This document shows, piece after piece, positions 25,371 through 36,789 of a stretch of DNA of 64,000 bases (position 1 is the first letter of the stretch; each line of letters begins with the position of its first letter). The translations under genes were made by a program, and so were the position numbers. The notes below the pieces were generated by a model. It searched no databases. It was not told where the DNA came from and saw only the letters and a program-made list of their open reading frames with translations. The stretch covers positions 24,297,414 to 24,361,413 of the forward strand of contig NC_057718.1 in the NCBI RefSeq assembly GCF_004010195.1, in the 5' to 3' direction. This stretch comes from Chiloscyllium plagiosum (taxonomy: Eukaryota).

Positions 25371-27240
25371 AGGGGCCCTTCGTTTACAGTTAGGTGGAGC
25401 CAACTCCGGCCTTGGGCTTTGACTGCTGTTGGTGTCTGCAGGAATGGTCCTTTCCACCTGTGTCCAAGCTTGGGGTGATCCCAGTCTTTGATTAGCATGA
25501 GTTTTCCTGTTTGTAATCTGGGGGCTCACTCTGGTCACTATTCCTGCCGCCTGAGGGTGGTAAGCACAATGGAATTGCTGCTGGATATGCAGCACCTCAC
25601 ATAGCTCTTTGTTGATTTTTCCTATAAAGTGGGGGCGATTGTCTGAACTAAACTGCCGAGGCACACCACACTCTGTCAGGAGTAATTTTACCACTGTTGA
25701 GGCTTTATTATTAGTGGTCGGAAAGGCTTCGATACATCTACTAAATATGTCAATAATAACAAGACAATACTTATAACAATGTAGTGGCAGTTCAATGAAA
25801 TCAAGCTGGATACATTTGAATGGACCACCTGGCAAGGGTGTTCTCCCTGTTTTGCACCGCACCCTTGACTGGCATTGTTTTGCTGACATGTTAAATGTGA
25901 TCTGACACGCTTTTGGGCTGTCTTGGCCAGTCGGGGGTGCCACCAGGTACTCAATATGATATTACTCATTCCCTCCTTGCCAAGTTGGGTGTCAGTATGA
26001 AGACAGTCAGTCAATCAGCATTGGTAATAAAACATCAGGTATATAAACTTGGCCAGCTGGGGTGATCCAGAGGCCTTTTGACGCAAAGTGCGAACACCCA
26101 TGGATCTTCCATATTTGTTCTTCTGGATCAGGGATGTCCCCCTGCAAACTTTGCAGTGACAATGTCTGGTGTGCCTGTTGTTTTTGAGGCAGATGATCAA
26201 TTTAGTGCCTGCTGGTTCCCAGAGGACACAACAGAATTGCGAGCTGTTCCCGCGTCTCTGGCACTCGATCAGCTCTGGCATTGCCATTGCTGATTCCCGT
26301 ATTGTCCATTACATGGGAAGCACATTTGATTATGGCCAATTGCTTGGGGAGGAGGATGGCTTTGGGCATATAGTGAGTTCTGAATAGGTGTCCCCGAGAA
26401 GGTCAGAAATCCGCGTTGTGACCATAGCTGGCCGATGTCATGGGCCACACCAAAAGTGTATCGTGAGTCCGTATATACATTTACTGATTTTCTTGTGGTC
26501 ACGTTACAAACCTGTGTTACAGCAAAGAATTCTGCTTTCTGAGCAGATACTGGGAGATCGAAGAAGGCTGATTCCAAGGTGTCTGTATGGTTCACGACTG
26601 CGTATCCTGAAAGGGTAACTCCTAAGAGTGGTATCGAAGAACTACTATCCACAAAGAGGGTAAAATCTGGTGTGGGTAATGGGGCATCTACAAGGTCTGG
26701 TCAAGGGAAGGTTAAGAAGTGGTTGTGCAAAAGGAAATCATTGGGGGGGGGGATTCTGAACGCTCCTCTAGGGGGTACTCTGGAAGATCGCTTGGTTCAA
26801 GTTAAGCAATAGAAGGTCAGAAAGGAGTTATTGAGAAGAGCTACTTCGTAATGGCTAAGTCGAGCTTGTGTAAGGTGTTGGTTCTGATGGGAAGTCAAGA
26901 GGGCTATAATGGCATGTGACAAAAAGATAGTCGGGCATTTTTGAAGAGTAATATTGGAAGTGGAAGTTACAAGGGAGTAGATAGCCAGGCGAGTTTGTGA
27001 GCAGGGTGGGAGGCCCATGGCGACAGGGTCAAGGCGAGTTGAGTAATAAGCCACTGGTCTTTTGAGATCCCCGTGGGTTTGGGTTAAAATTGCAGTTGCA
27101 CAGTCCTCTAGGATACTGGCATACAACTGGAAGGGCCGTTGGATAATGGTCTTCCGAGTGCTGGGGCACTAGCAAGGGCTGTTTTTAATTCCGTGAAAGC
27201 TGACTAATGTTCTTCATTTAGGGTGAGGTTATTTGGAACC
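25359..27240 (-). pseudogene. pol: ERV pol pseudogene (RT thumb/connection, RNase H, integrase)
   Basis: AFTELKTALASAPALG; LTQTHGDLKRPVAYYSTRLDPVAMGLPPC; RNase H SAQKAE...VNVYTDSRYTFG; IN CIQLDFIELP...LVIIDIFSR...SSDNRPHF...HCAYHPQAAG; GPY/F-like RWKGPF. Confidence 0.92.
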
Positions 27241-27740
27241 TTTACTCATATCATAATCCTCAAACTGACTTTTCGCACCTGCCAAGAGTTAGGGTTTTCC
27301 TCATTATCACACATTCTAATCCCTCTTTGACGTGAATTATTCTCCCAGCTAGTCTGTTTAGATTGTTCGTAATTTCCTCTACAGTCTTTCTCCATGTGGA
27401 TATTAAAGTTTTCCATTTAGTCCCTGTATCTCATTTCCAGATTGCCTCCTCTGTCTTAAAACATTTGTCTATGTCCTGAGTTCCTCCCAATGGCCAAATT
27501 TCATTTCCCAACTTTTTATTTAAGCAGCTGACAGGCGCCTGAACCTTTCTTCATTTTTGGGGTCATCCCGGCATAACCGATACAAAGGGGTCCCGATGAC
27601 TGACTTATCCAATATTTGTCCCATTTTTGTTTCAAGGTCTGAATTTCCGACTTATCTCTATATACTAGTTTAGTGTCTTTTAGTTTCCATACCCACTTTG
27701 GGGTCCTGACCTTTGAGTGGAGGATCTCCCCTCTTAACAA
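27240..27740 (-). pseudogene. gag: ERV gag N-terminal (matrix-like) remnant
   Basis: Lys-rich fragmented frames between the leader and pol, with IWPLGGT (~27480-27500) resembling the gammaretroviral MA WPxxGT motif. Confidence 0.55.
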
Positions 27741-28112
27741 CGAGTCTAAGGCAGGGTGATAGAGACGGACACAGGAGTTTATTTTTTACACTATGCTCCG
27801 GAGTCTCAAACCTCACCACTAAAGGACTTTAACCCCTTTTTACCAAGGGGACTTTAACCCACTTTTTCCACAGGATTTTAACCTCTGAATTCCCAGTAAC
27901 TCATGATTCTGAAAGCAAACCTGTCAGTGTGCAAGTGCGTAAGTTACCTCAGAGATTCCTTCACCACAGAGTCCTAAGGGACAAGAGACCGACTGAGTGT
28001 TAAGTTTAGAGAGAGAGAGATCAAGGTGTTGCTTACCTTGTGGGCCTATCCATCTCATGCAACCAGCACTCTGACAATCACTTATTCAGTCCACCTTGGT
28101 TTCTCCGTGTAC

Positions 28113-28135
28113 GTTGGAATCCCACCACTCCAACA
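28113..28135 (-). promoter_or_regulatory. Degenerate primer-binding site, probably tRNA-Leu
   Basis: The minus strand reads TGTTGGAGTGGTGGGATTCCAAC, close to the complement of the tRNA-Leu(AAG/TAG) 3' end as I recall it (TGGTGGCAGCGGTGGGATTCGAAC). Confidence 0.6.
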
Positions 28136-28905
28136 AGGGACCTAACAGGAAAGGCAGATGAACTCAGAGCATGGTTAGGAACATGGAACTGGGATATTAT
28201 AGCAATTACGGAAACATGGCTCAGGGATGGGCAAGACTGGCAGCTTAATGTTCCAGGATATAAATGCTACAGAAGGATAGAAACTGAGGCAAGAGAGGAG
28301 GGAGAGTGGCATTTTTCATAAGGGATAGCATTATAACTGTGCTGAGGGAGGATATTCCCGGAAATNNNNNNNNNNNNNNNNNNNNNNNNNNNNNNNNNNN
28401 NNNNNNNNNNNNNNNNNNNNNNNNNNNNNNNNNNNNNNNNNNNNNNNNNNNNNNNNNNNNNNNNNNNNNNNNNNNNNNNNNNNNNNNNNNNNNNNNNNNN
28501 NNNNNNNNNNNNNNNNNNNNNNNNNNNNNNNNNNNNNNNNNNNNNNNNNNNNNNNNNNNNNNNNNNNNNNNNNNNNNNNNNNNNNNNNNNNNNNNNNNNN
28601 NNNNNNNNNNNNNNNNNNNNNNNNNNNNNNNNNNNNNNNNNNNNNNNNNNNNNNNNNNNNNNNNNNNNNNNNNNNNNNNNNNNNNNNNNNNNNNNNNNNN
28701 NNNNNNNNNNNNNNNNNNNNNNNNNNNNNNNNNNNNNNNNNNNNNNNNNNNNNNNNNNNNNNNNNNNNNNNNNNNNNNNNNNNNNNNNNNNNNNNNNNNN
28801 NNNNNNNNNNNNNNNNNNNNNNNNNNNNNNNNNNNNNNNNNNNNNNNNNNNNNNNNNNNNNNNNNACCATACTGTACATCTCTATGCCTCTGTGACTCTA
28901 TGACT
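28136..28905 (+). mobile_element. CR1/HER1 APE start and 3' tail either side of a gap
   Basis: KADELRAWLGTWNWDIIAITETWL before the gap and the ctctgtgactctatga tail after it. Confidence 0.88.
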
Positions 28906-30769
28906 TGCTAGAACTTTCAGCAAAGAAAACTCCCCCAAAAAAGTTGTGACTAAGTTACAACTGTGACTTACTTTCCTTTGACTAAGATTCAGCACGATGT
29001 TGCTCGTAGAAAGGAAAGAGGATAAAGCGAAGAGAAACGTCACTGCATCATCTTTTTGTTGTTCTTAATGGTATTCGTAATTGATGATCCAATCAATACT
29101 GAAGAATTGAGCTGAGATCATCCTTAAAATGTTGGTTACTTAAGCAAGGTTATCATAAAATAGTTACAGGAGAAGGCCTCAATATTATTTGTTTTGCTTT
29201 TTGTTCTCAAAATGTGAGCCTTGTAGGGCAACCAAGTGTAGATAAAAGTACACTAGTGTCTCTGATAGCAGTCTTTTCTCAAGTCAATTCTACACAGATG
29301 AATAGCTTGTTGGATCAATTCAGCATTAATCTAATTCCTGGGAGTTGCAGCAGTTCTTATTCACAATTTCTTGAAAAAAATTATCTAATTGCAGATTTTC
29401 AGTATGTCATTTTTAGGCTTCTTGATAAGTTGTCTGGTAATCTAATGATTGCAATGTCTGATGATGCTGTGGCTTTAAAGGTGTGTTTTGACCTGGTTTA
29501 TTTTAGAGACTGGGGGACAGGCACAGAGCAGTCTGAGAAGATAAACAATTTGTGAAGCCTTGGATTTTTTTTTAAAGTTGGAACAATTGAAGCAGAATGA
29601 ATGGGTGTGGTCAGTCTCCTACCCACAGAAGCAGGATCTTTAATTTTAGCATCCAGCAATTGTTGCTCGGGTCTTGGCAGGGTCGGAAGGCAGCGTCGGA
29701 AGGCAGCGAATCTCTCCTGGCTGCTACTCACTCTGAGTTATCTCTGGATATTTTTCCTCCTGGGCTGCTGGAATTGCATGTGAGACAATTGTGTTTCTGT
29801 ATTTGCCTTTTGCCAAGGGGGTGTTTGTGGGATGCTACTATACTGGAACAGTTACGCTTTTAGCCATAAAATATACAAGTTGTTCCGCACTAACGTACAT
29901 TCTGTCAACACAAAATCACTGTAACACAATTGACAAATTGCTCTTTCCAAATGTTTGCTTTGATCATTTCTCATCTGTTTTGTCTTCAAAGATTGATATG
30001 CACTTCCAGTCTCTCAGTTTATACGCAATTTTAAAATTATACCATTTAGTTTACATTGTCTATGCATATTCTTCCCCATGAAAAACTCCGCTTTTCTTTG
30101 TCAAATTTCAACTACCCACTTGACTAACCTATGCCCTTCTGAAAACTCTTGATATATTTCTCCTGCTTTTCTGTTTTCAAATTTGGAGGTAATTTCAAAT
30201 ATGAGAGATTCTAGGAAGGTGGGACTTAAGCTTTTCCTTGATGATTGCTGTCTTGAGTTTTCTAGAATTATCGTCAACTTGCATTTTGTGATTGGTGATG
30301 CCTGTATTTTAGTCCAGCAAAGTTCATTCCATTTTAGAGTTTACATTGCAAGAAAGTATCACTTTTAAAGCAATTTATAGCCTCTTGCATGTCTTTTCAA
30401 TATGATATGTAAGAATGAGCCCTTATTTTAACCAACATTGTATATCCCCCTCCAGTCTGAACAGCAACGCATTCATCACTATTCTTTCTTTCACTGGCCG
30501 AATTTGTACCCATTCCATGGGCTTTAATTTTGTGAAGTCAGTATATTTCACTATCAGATGCTATTGTCGATCCATTCTAGCATTTAGATCTTTCAGATTC
30601 CAAGATTATTGCTTCCTTCACATCATCCATTTGGAATCTGAGTGCTCCTGTTCTAATCTCAAAGTTGAATCAAAATTACTATTCAAAGTTAACATGGTAA
30701 TTGACTGTAATAATCTCATTTGCTTCTAACTTGTCTATCCAGAGGACATTCTTGCATTCTGAGTTTAAC

Positions 30770-31465
30770 AGAATCATAAAATTGTTACAGTGCAGAAGTA
30801 TTCAACCTATCATTTCTTTACTGTCACTCTGACTGAGTGCGATGACTTAATACCATTCTCCTTTGCCCCATTGTTTCTATTTAAATAATCATAAGATGCT
30901 CTTTTGATTGCTCTATTGAACCTGCCTTCATCACACTTTCAGGCAGGGAATTCCATACCCAATCTAGTCACTGTAAAAGAAAATTCAAAGAAGATTTCTT
31001 TCTCTCACATCACAATTCCTCCTTTTGAAAATTGTTTTATATCTGTATGCTGTTCTCCCATGAGAGGTAACAGTTTCGCCCTATCTGTCCAGACCCCTTG
31101 TAAGTTTCAAACTCTGTACCAAATCTCCTCTTCTCCTTCAGTCCAATCTCACCTTGTCGCTGAAGTATTTCAACCCTGGATCCATTCTCATAAACCTTAT
31201 CTTCACACTCTCCAATGCATTCACATCCTCCTTGAAGTGTGGTGTACAGAACTGTACACAATACTGCAACTGAGGGCTAACTAGTGCCTTATATGGGCTC
31301 AATGTAACTACTCTGCTTTTGTATTCTACGCCACTATTTATTAAGTCTAGAATACTACTTTATTAACTGATGGCTCTACCTGTTCTGCCACCTATAGTGT
31401 CTCATACACATATACACTTCGATTTCTCAACTCCTGCATGCCTTTTATGACTGTACCTTTATATT
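30770..31465 (-). mobile_element. Old CR1 3' fragment
   Basis: Degenerate YCVQF..PH and RVWY motifs on the minus strand, with a tail near 30770. Confidence 0.65.
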
Positions 31466-31468
31466 AGT

Positions 31469-31780
31469 GGGCGGCACGGTGGCACAGTGGTTAGCACTGC
31501 TGCCTCACAGCGCCAGAGACCCGGGTTCAATTCCCGACTCAGGCGACTGACTGTGTGGAGTTTGCACGTTCTCCCCGTGTCTGCGTGGGTTTCCTCCGGG
31601 TGCTCCGGTTTCCTCCCACAGTCCAAAGATGTGCAGGTCAGGTGAATTGGCCATGCTAAATTGTCCGTAGTGTTAGGTTAGAGATAAATATAGGGGTATG
31701 GGTGGGTTGCGCTTCGGTGGGGCGGTGTGGACTTGTTGGGCCGAAGGGCCTGTTTCCACACTGTAAGTAATCTAATCTAA
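31469..31780 (+). mobile_element. Young full-length HE1 SINE
   Basis: Intact CpG-rich head gggcggcacggtggcacagtggttagcactgc, B-box gggttcaattccc, and (taatc)n tail. Confidence 0.95.
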
Positions 31781-32089
31781 TTATACTATAGCTCCAAAAT
31801 GTAGCAATCTTTCAGGGCTCCTTTGATCATTGACACCAGGAGTCAATCTCCAAGTTGTTCTTAACACCCAAGCTAGATGCAAAATTCAAGGTTTCTTCTG
31901 ACCAGAGTGTTGAACTCTCTGCCATATTCTCATTCATCATCATGACGCTCCATTTGCAAGTTGTTTCTGCTTTAGGCACTATTTTTTAGCTGTACAACTT
32001 TCTCCAAAAGTAAAGGAATTGTTAGGTTATTTTGTAGGAGGATGCATTGTAGAATAAATGATTAATGGTTAAGTATGCTGCAAATGCCA

Positions 32090-32104
32090 CCACTAGGTGG
32101 TGCA
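32090..32104 (+). promoter_or_regulatory. Candidate CTCF site
   Basis: CCACTAGGTGGTGCA matches the CTCF core CCAS(C/T)AG(A/G)(G/T)GGCGC well and lies in unique sequence. Confidence 0.5.
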
Positions 32105-33809
32105 AAGAGGTACTCTACGTTATCTTTAAGCAATTTTAGACAACAGTAGTCTCCAAAATAGTGTGGCTGAAAACTCTAGAGCGTTTCAGCCGGACTCTGT
32201 GTGTTGCCCAGGACTTGGGGAGAGCTGCAATAATCACTCTGCAGTTCCTGCTGCTTTGTTTCACTGTGTAGACAGATTGTCCTTTCCTTCTGGCAGGATT
32301 CAGTGAAAACAGTTAATACTGGTAAATGCGACACACTTGTCTTACTCGTCCTCCATTTTGAAGTATGCAAGGCCAGTCAGAACATTGTGACTCATTTATT
32401 AGTTTAACAGACCTTTTTACTTCTGAGCATCATATTGCAATTTTAGGATTGCTGCAAAGTAGTCATTTTCTTAATTTAGATTTTTAATTTTCAGCGTGGC
32501 CAGGGTGTACATAACGCAATAGGCTCCTTGCCTGACAGCAAAAACAATGACTTTATGTTAGGTTATTTAATAGAAAATAGAAACTATTTTATAATAGCAA
32601 TTACATGCCTCCTTCAGAAGGTCGGTCTTGAACCTGGGCCTCCAGTGAGAGCTCCAGTGACTTTTTTTATTATGTTATATGAAATGTGGAATATGTGCTG
32701 ACATGTAAATGCTCCAACAGTTCCTTCATTGTGTTCATCATAACTCCACCTTGCCACTTGGAGAAGGGTTCTTCCTAGTGTGGCGGAGGCCGTGCTTCGG
32801 GAATAGGACAGCAGTTGTTTCCCAGTCCCCGTCACCTCCCCATTGCCATCTCCAGGCTGTCTTAAAGGCATGGCTCTGTATGTGGCCCTCCTTGACTGTC
32901 CCAGCTCAATGGCAGAGATTGCTTCCACAAGTATCAAATGTGAGCAGCTTTGGTTACTATCTCAAAAGGAAAAATGAGCAATGCTTTGCAAAGAAGGGGG
33001 TAAATAGCTTTAGGATGAATTGCTGATTTAGAGAGCTATTGCAGGCATGATGAACCAAATGGACCCGTTCTGTGCTATAATAATTCTGTGTAGTTTGTGG
33101 ATTATGCTTCATAGAAACAAAACAACATTGTGGCCCCTACAGGGGATCTCACACCAATGTGACAATACCTTTCTTCAATCTGACAAAGGCAGTAGCACTA
33201 CTGAATCACAGAGTCTGGATCAGGAAGTCTGTGATAAAGTCATTAATTCAAGACTGGAAGTCTGTGCAAATTAGAAAGGGAAAGAAATGGGAGATATGTG
33301 ACATGGGGGAAAGAAGAAAATAATTCCAGTTTCGTTTCAAAATCTGAGTTAAGTGCTGAAGAAAAGTACATCTTACAATAAAAGTACATCTACAGTGCTG
33401 CAGAGGTGGCTTGACAATAATTAAAACTCATTGTGCTATTAAAAATTCACAACTTTGAATTTCGAGTTTCAGCTTCCTTACATGTTTACTAGGTGTCTAA
33501 TGGAAAGTTCAGCAACTTCATGCCAATCTGTGTTCCAGTTGAGTGTCTCTGCAAGAAATTAGAGTCACAAAGCTTCCAGAGAAACAAGACAACTCTTAGA
33601 ATTCCTGATTATCAATCATTGTATTAAGTTTCTCCTCATTTCTCGATTGCCTTAAATCTATGTCTTCTTGTCTCAGCCTTTCCACAGTGGGAACAGATTT
33701 TTTTCCATTGAAGATTGATTCCAATATATTTGGATTGCTTGCTGTAACTGATGAAAGTTGTAATCAGATTTGGTGTTTACTGTATTTTGATTGCATCATT
33801 ATATATCTA

Positions 33810-34022
33810 AAAATGTGTTGCTGGAAAAGCGCAGCAGGTCAGGCAGCATCCAGCGAACAGGAGAATCGACGTTTCGGGCATAAGCCCTTCTTCAGGAATC
33901 TTCAGGGCTTATACCCGAAACATCGATTCTCCTGTTCGCTGGATGCTGCCTGACCTGCTGCGCTTTTCCAGCAACACATTTTTCAGCTCTGATCTCCAGC
34001 ATCTGCAGACCTCACTTTCTCC
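33810..34022. mobile_element. PLE family-A fold-back palindrome
   Basis: Inverted arms turning at the hammerhead. 14-bp TSD tcattatatatcta at 33796-33809 and 34023-34036. Confidence 0.92.
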
Positions 34023-36789
34023 TCATTATATATCTACCCTGCCATTAAATGACCAGCAGTAGATAGAGATGAACTAGAAAGTTAGCTGGCCCTTGTGGGA
34101 CTTGTTTAACTCCTTTTGAGGCAGGGTCAACCACTTATATTCATAATGTTCTCATAGTTTCAAGCTTCTTCTCCAGGACATTGTGATTTTAATCTTAAGC
34201 TTTCAAATATTACATTGAATTACATGATGGCCTATAAAACTTGGTTGCCAACCAAATTAAAAAGTTGAAGAGACAGGAGCTTCCTTGGTTAGCAGTAACG
34301 TGCAATACTGAGTAACTGCATTTATATTGCATATTTACAGGTGCTGTCCCACAATCATTTTGCTTAGCTGCATCTGGTGTATTTGTTCTCTCCCTAGATA
34401 TTGCATGTGATTGGTGAGCAAGTGCATTATGGAAGTATTTCGTTCTGATTTTGTCTTTTTGCAAAAAACCTGATTTCCCACCTTACCTTTTAGATTACTA
34501 AATTCCCCACAGCATCTTGTTTCCAGACAGTGCTTATTTGCCATTGGCATGTTTGTATTTATTAATTATTTTATCCTATAGGTTTAGACCTGTAGCTGAG
34601 GTACTTAAGGCTTTGCATTTGCTTTCTTTAGATTATTTTAAAACAGACATTAGTGTTAAGAACTAGTGACCCAGTCCTCTGTTTAGTTTTATATATATGT
34701 TTTGCTTGTTTAAAAAAACTGATGCTGGCTATGTATCCCAATAATTAATGGCTTCTATCAAATAGTATGTCCCTTCAACTGTTCACAACAGGCAGACAAC
34801 TAACTATTCAGCCAGTCAGTTCTTTTAAAATTCAGAACATAATGTTTAACATTAGATGTAATTCTGTAATTAGCACTTACTGAACAACTTTGAGTGTGCA
34901 AGAATTACACGAATAACCAAATTAGGATTGTCAGTTGTGTTTGCAATTTAGGTCATAGACACTGCATGTCATCAAATGCAAGACACAGATCCCTTCAGGA
35001 AAATGAATATGTCCAGGCATTGTACATCTTCAATTAAACAAAGGCTTTGGTGAAACTATTGATTAGTGTATTCTCCATTGCAATTACTCAAGTAATCAGA
35101 GTACACTTGGCAAATGAACAGCCAAAGTAAATTGTTATTTCCTTCAAACCTTTGTATTCTTGCTGTTAGCAAATGGTGCCACTGAAGAATTCAAATTGCA
35201 GAATGAAATTTGGTTTGACAAATAATATATTTATTTATTAATTACTTCATGTAATGGTTAGTCACTGAGACATATTCACATGCAGATTTTCTTTAGCAAT
35301 GGAGCAGAAGTTCATTACACAGAAAATAAGCTTCTTTAAAAAAACTGCAACAGTTCGAATGTTCCAAGGTATAAAGCGCAAACAGTTTCAACCTATCTCC
35401 TGACAGTATTTGTTCAAGAGACTCTTGTCCAGAAAAGAATACCCTGCCATCTGAACTCAACTTGCTCCTTTACTCTTTTTTTGGAGACTGTAGAAATAAT
35501 TCTAAGTCATTTCCAAATCTGCTGATATAAGGTTTTCATAAAAATGAGAACTTAAACATTCTTAATTTTAACCTACTGATTGCTATCTGAACACTCTCCC
35601 TGGTTTGGCTACTCTCCCTGGTGAGGTGACTTTTCCCCTGTGCTGTTCTGAAATCTTTTTAATAGAGAAGTTAAGCTTGCTTCTAAGCTCCATCTTGGTG
35701 TCTTCCAAACTGAAAACCAAGTGAATAGTAATCATTTTTACATGACTTTTTTCTTTCTGTTGTTGAGACCAACTGAAGGAGTCTGAGTCACATTTGTAAT
35801 TCTCTTAATAGTTAGTTCGAACAAAAGACATATTTGATGGAGTGCTGAAATCATATTTGCCAGGAATTTGTTTTGAGATTCTCCTGTTTGGTTGCCATAA
35901 CATTGGTAACAGATCAGTGCAATCTGTAGATAAACACATTAACAAGGTTTCAACCTATGTCCTACCACAGTTACATGACCAGTCATGGTAATGCTAAAAT
36001 AAATATCCGGTCCCACTCTACTTCCTACCTCCAGGGTAGTATGATTCAGGAATCCTGAAAAGGTGAGGGGGGCAGGAAGGTGATGCTGAGAAGAATAAGA
36101 AACTCCTCTCGATGTTGCTGCCCTGTGTGGAAAAACTTAAAAATTCTTCTGTACCTATTTTCAAAAAGAATGGGCTTGAATATTGTTTAGTTTGTAAAGC
36201 AAAAATTCTAGCTATGATTTCACTTCTTTTTTGAAGTAGCCATATCTTGCCATCTTTGAGATGTAGTCATGGTTACACACAGTGTTCAAAAGGACTGTCA
36301 GATGATGTTGAGTGAGATTGCTGCAGAAACATCGAAACAGTAGTTAGCCATCTATCCTGACAATCATGTATAGCTATTCAGTGAGATCACAGTTGATCTC
36401 TACTTCAAATCTGTTTACTCAGTCTTTGTCATTGAAACAAACTGATTATTATATATATATTTTTTTATCATGCAACTTAGCATCCAGTTTTTGTTTTTAA
36501 CAACCCTGAAATCTCAATTTTTAGGATGTTTGTATGTGAGTTTGATAATAATCTCCTCCTTAGAGATCAATAGCTAAATTCAAGCTTCCAGTTAATAGCT
36601 GAAAGGATGGCAAAACAAGATTACATATCTCAAAAACTTATTGTCCTAAAAGATGAAAAGCAATGTTCAATGGACATTTTATTTGTAGACAGCTTGTATT
36701 TTAAAATGCAAAACCAAGCAATCCCCTTTTTCACACCCATCTTTAATGCACTGTGCGCACATTTTACAGCATCCTTTTATAAAAGAAGA

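Larger units (their letters stand above)
23422..28135 (-). mobile_element. Defective endogenous retrovirus (gamma/epsilon-like pol): PBS, leader, gag MA, [deletion], RT connection, RNase H, IN, env, PPT, 3' LTR
   Basis: Domains are in retroviral order on the minus strand with many stops and frameshifts. See the component features. Confidence 0.92.

Noticed and set aside
23422..28135. TGTT...AACA ends suggesting an intact single insertion
   Set aside because: There is no TSD, and the right end is better explained as a PBS with the 5' LTR lost.
31469..31545. tRNA-like A and B boxes (also at 781, 15200-15279 and 39012)
   Set aside because: These are SINE heads continuing into SINE bodies, not tRNA genes.
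33810..34022. Palindromes as DNA-transposon MITEs or pre-miRNA genes
   Set aside because: The arms match the 3' end of the GIY-YIG-coding PLE at 8776-9391, the ends are asymmetric, and the TSDs are long and variable.
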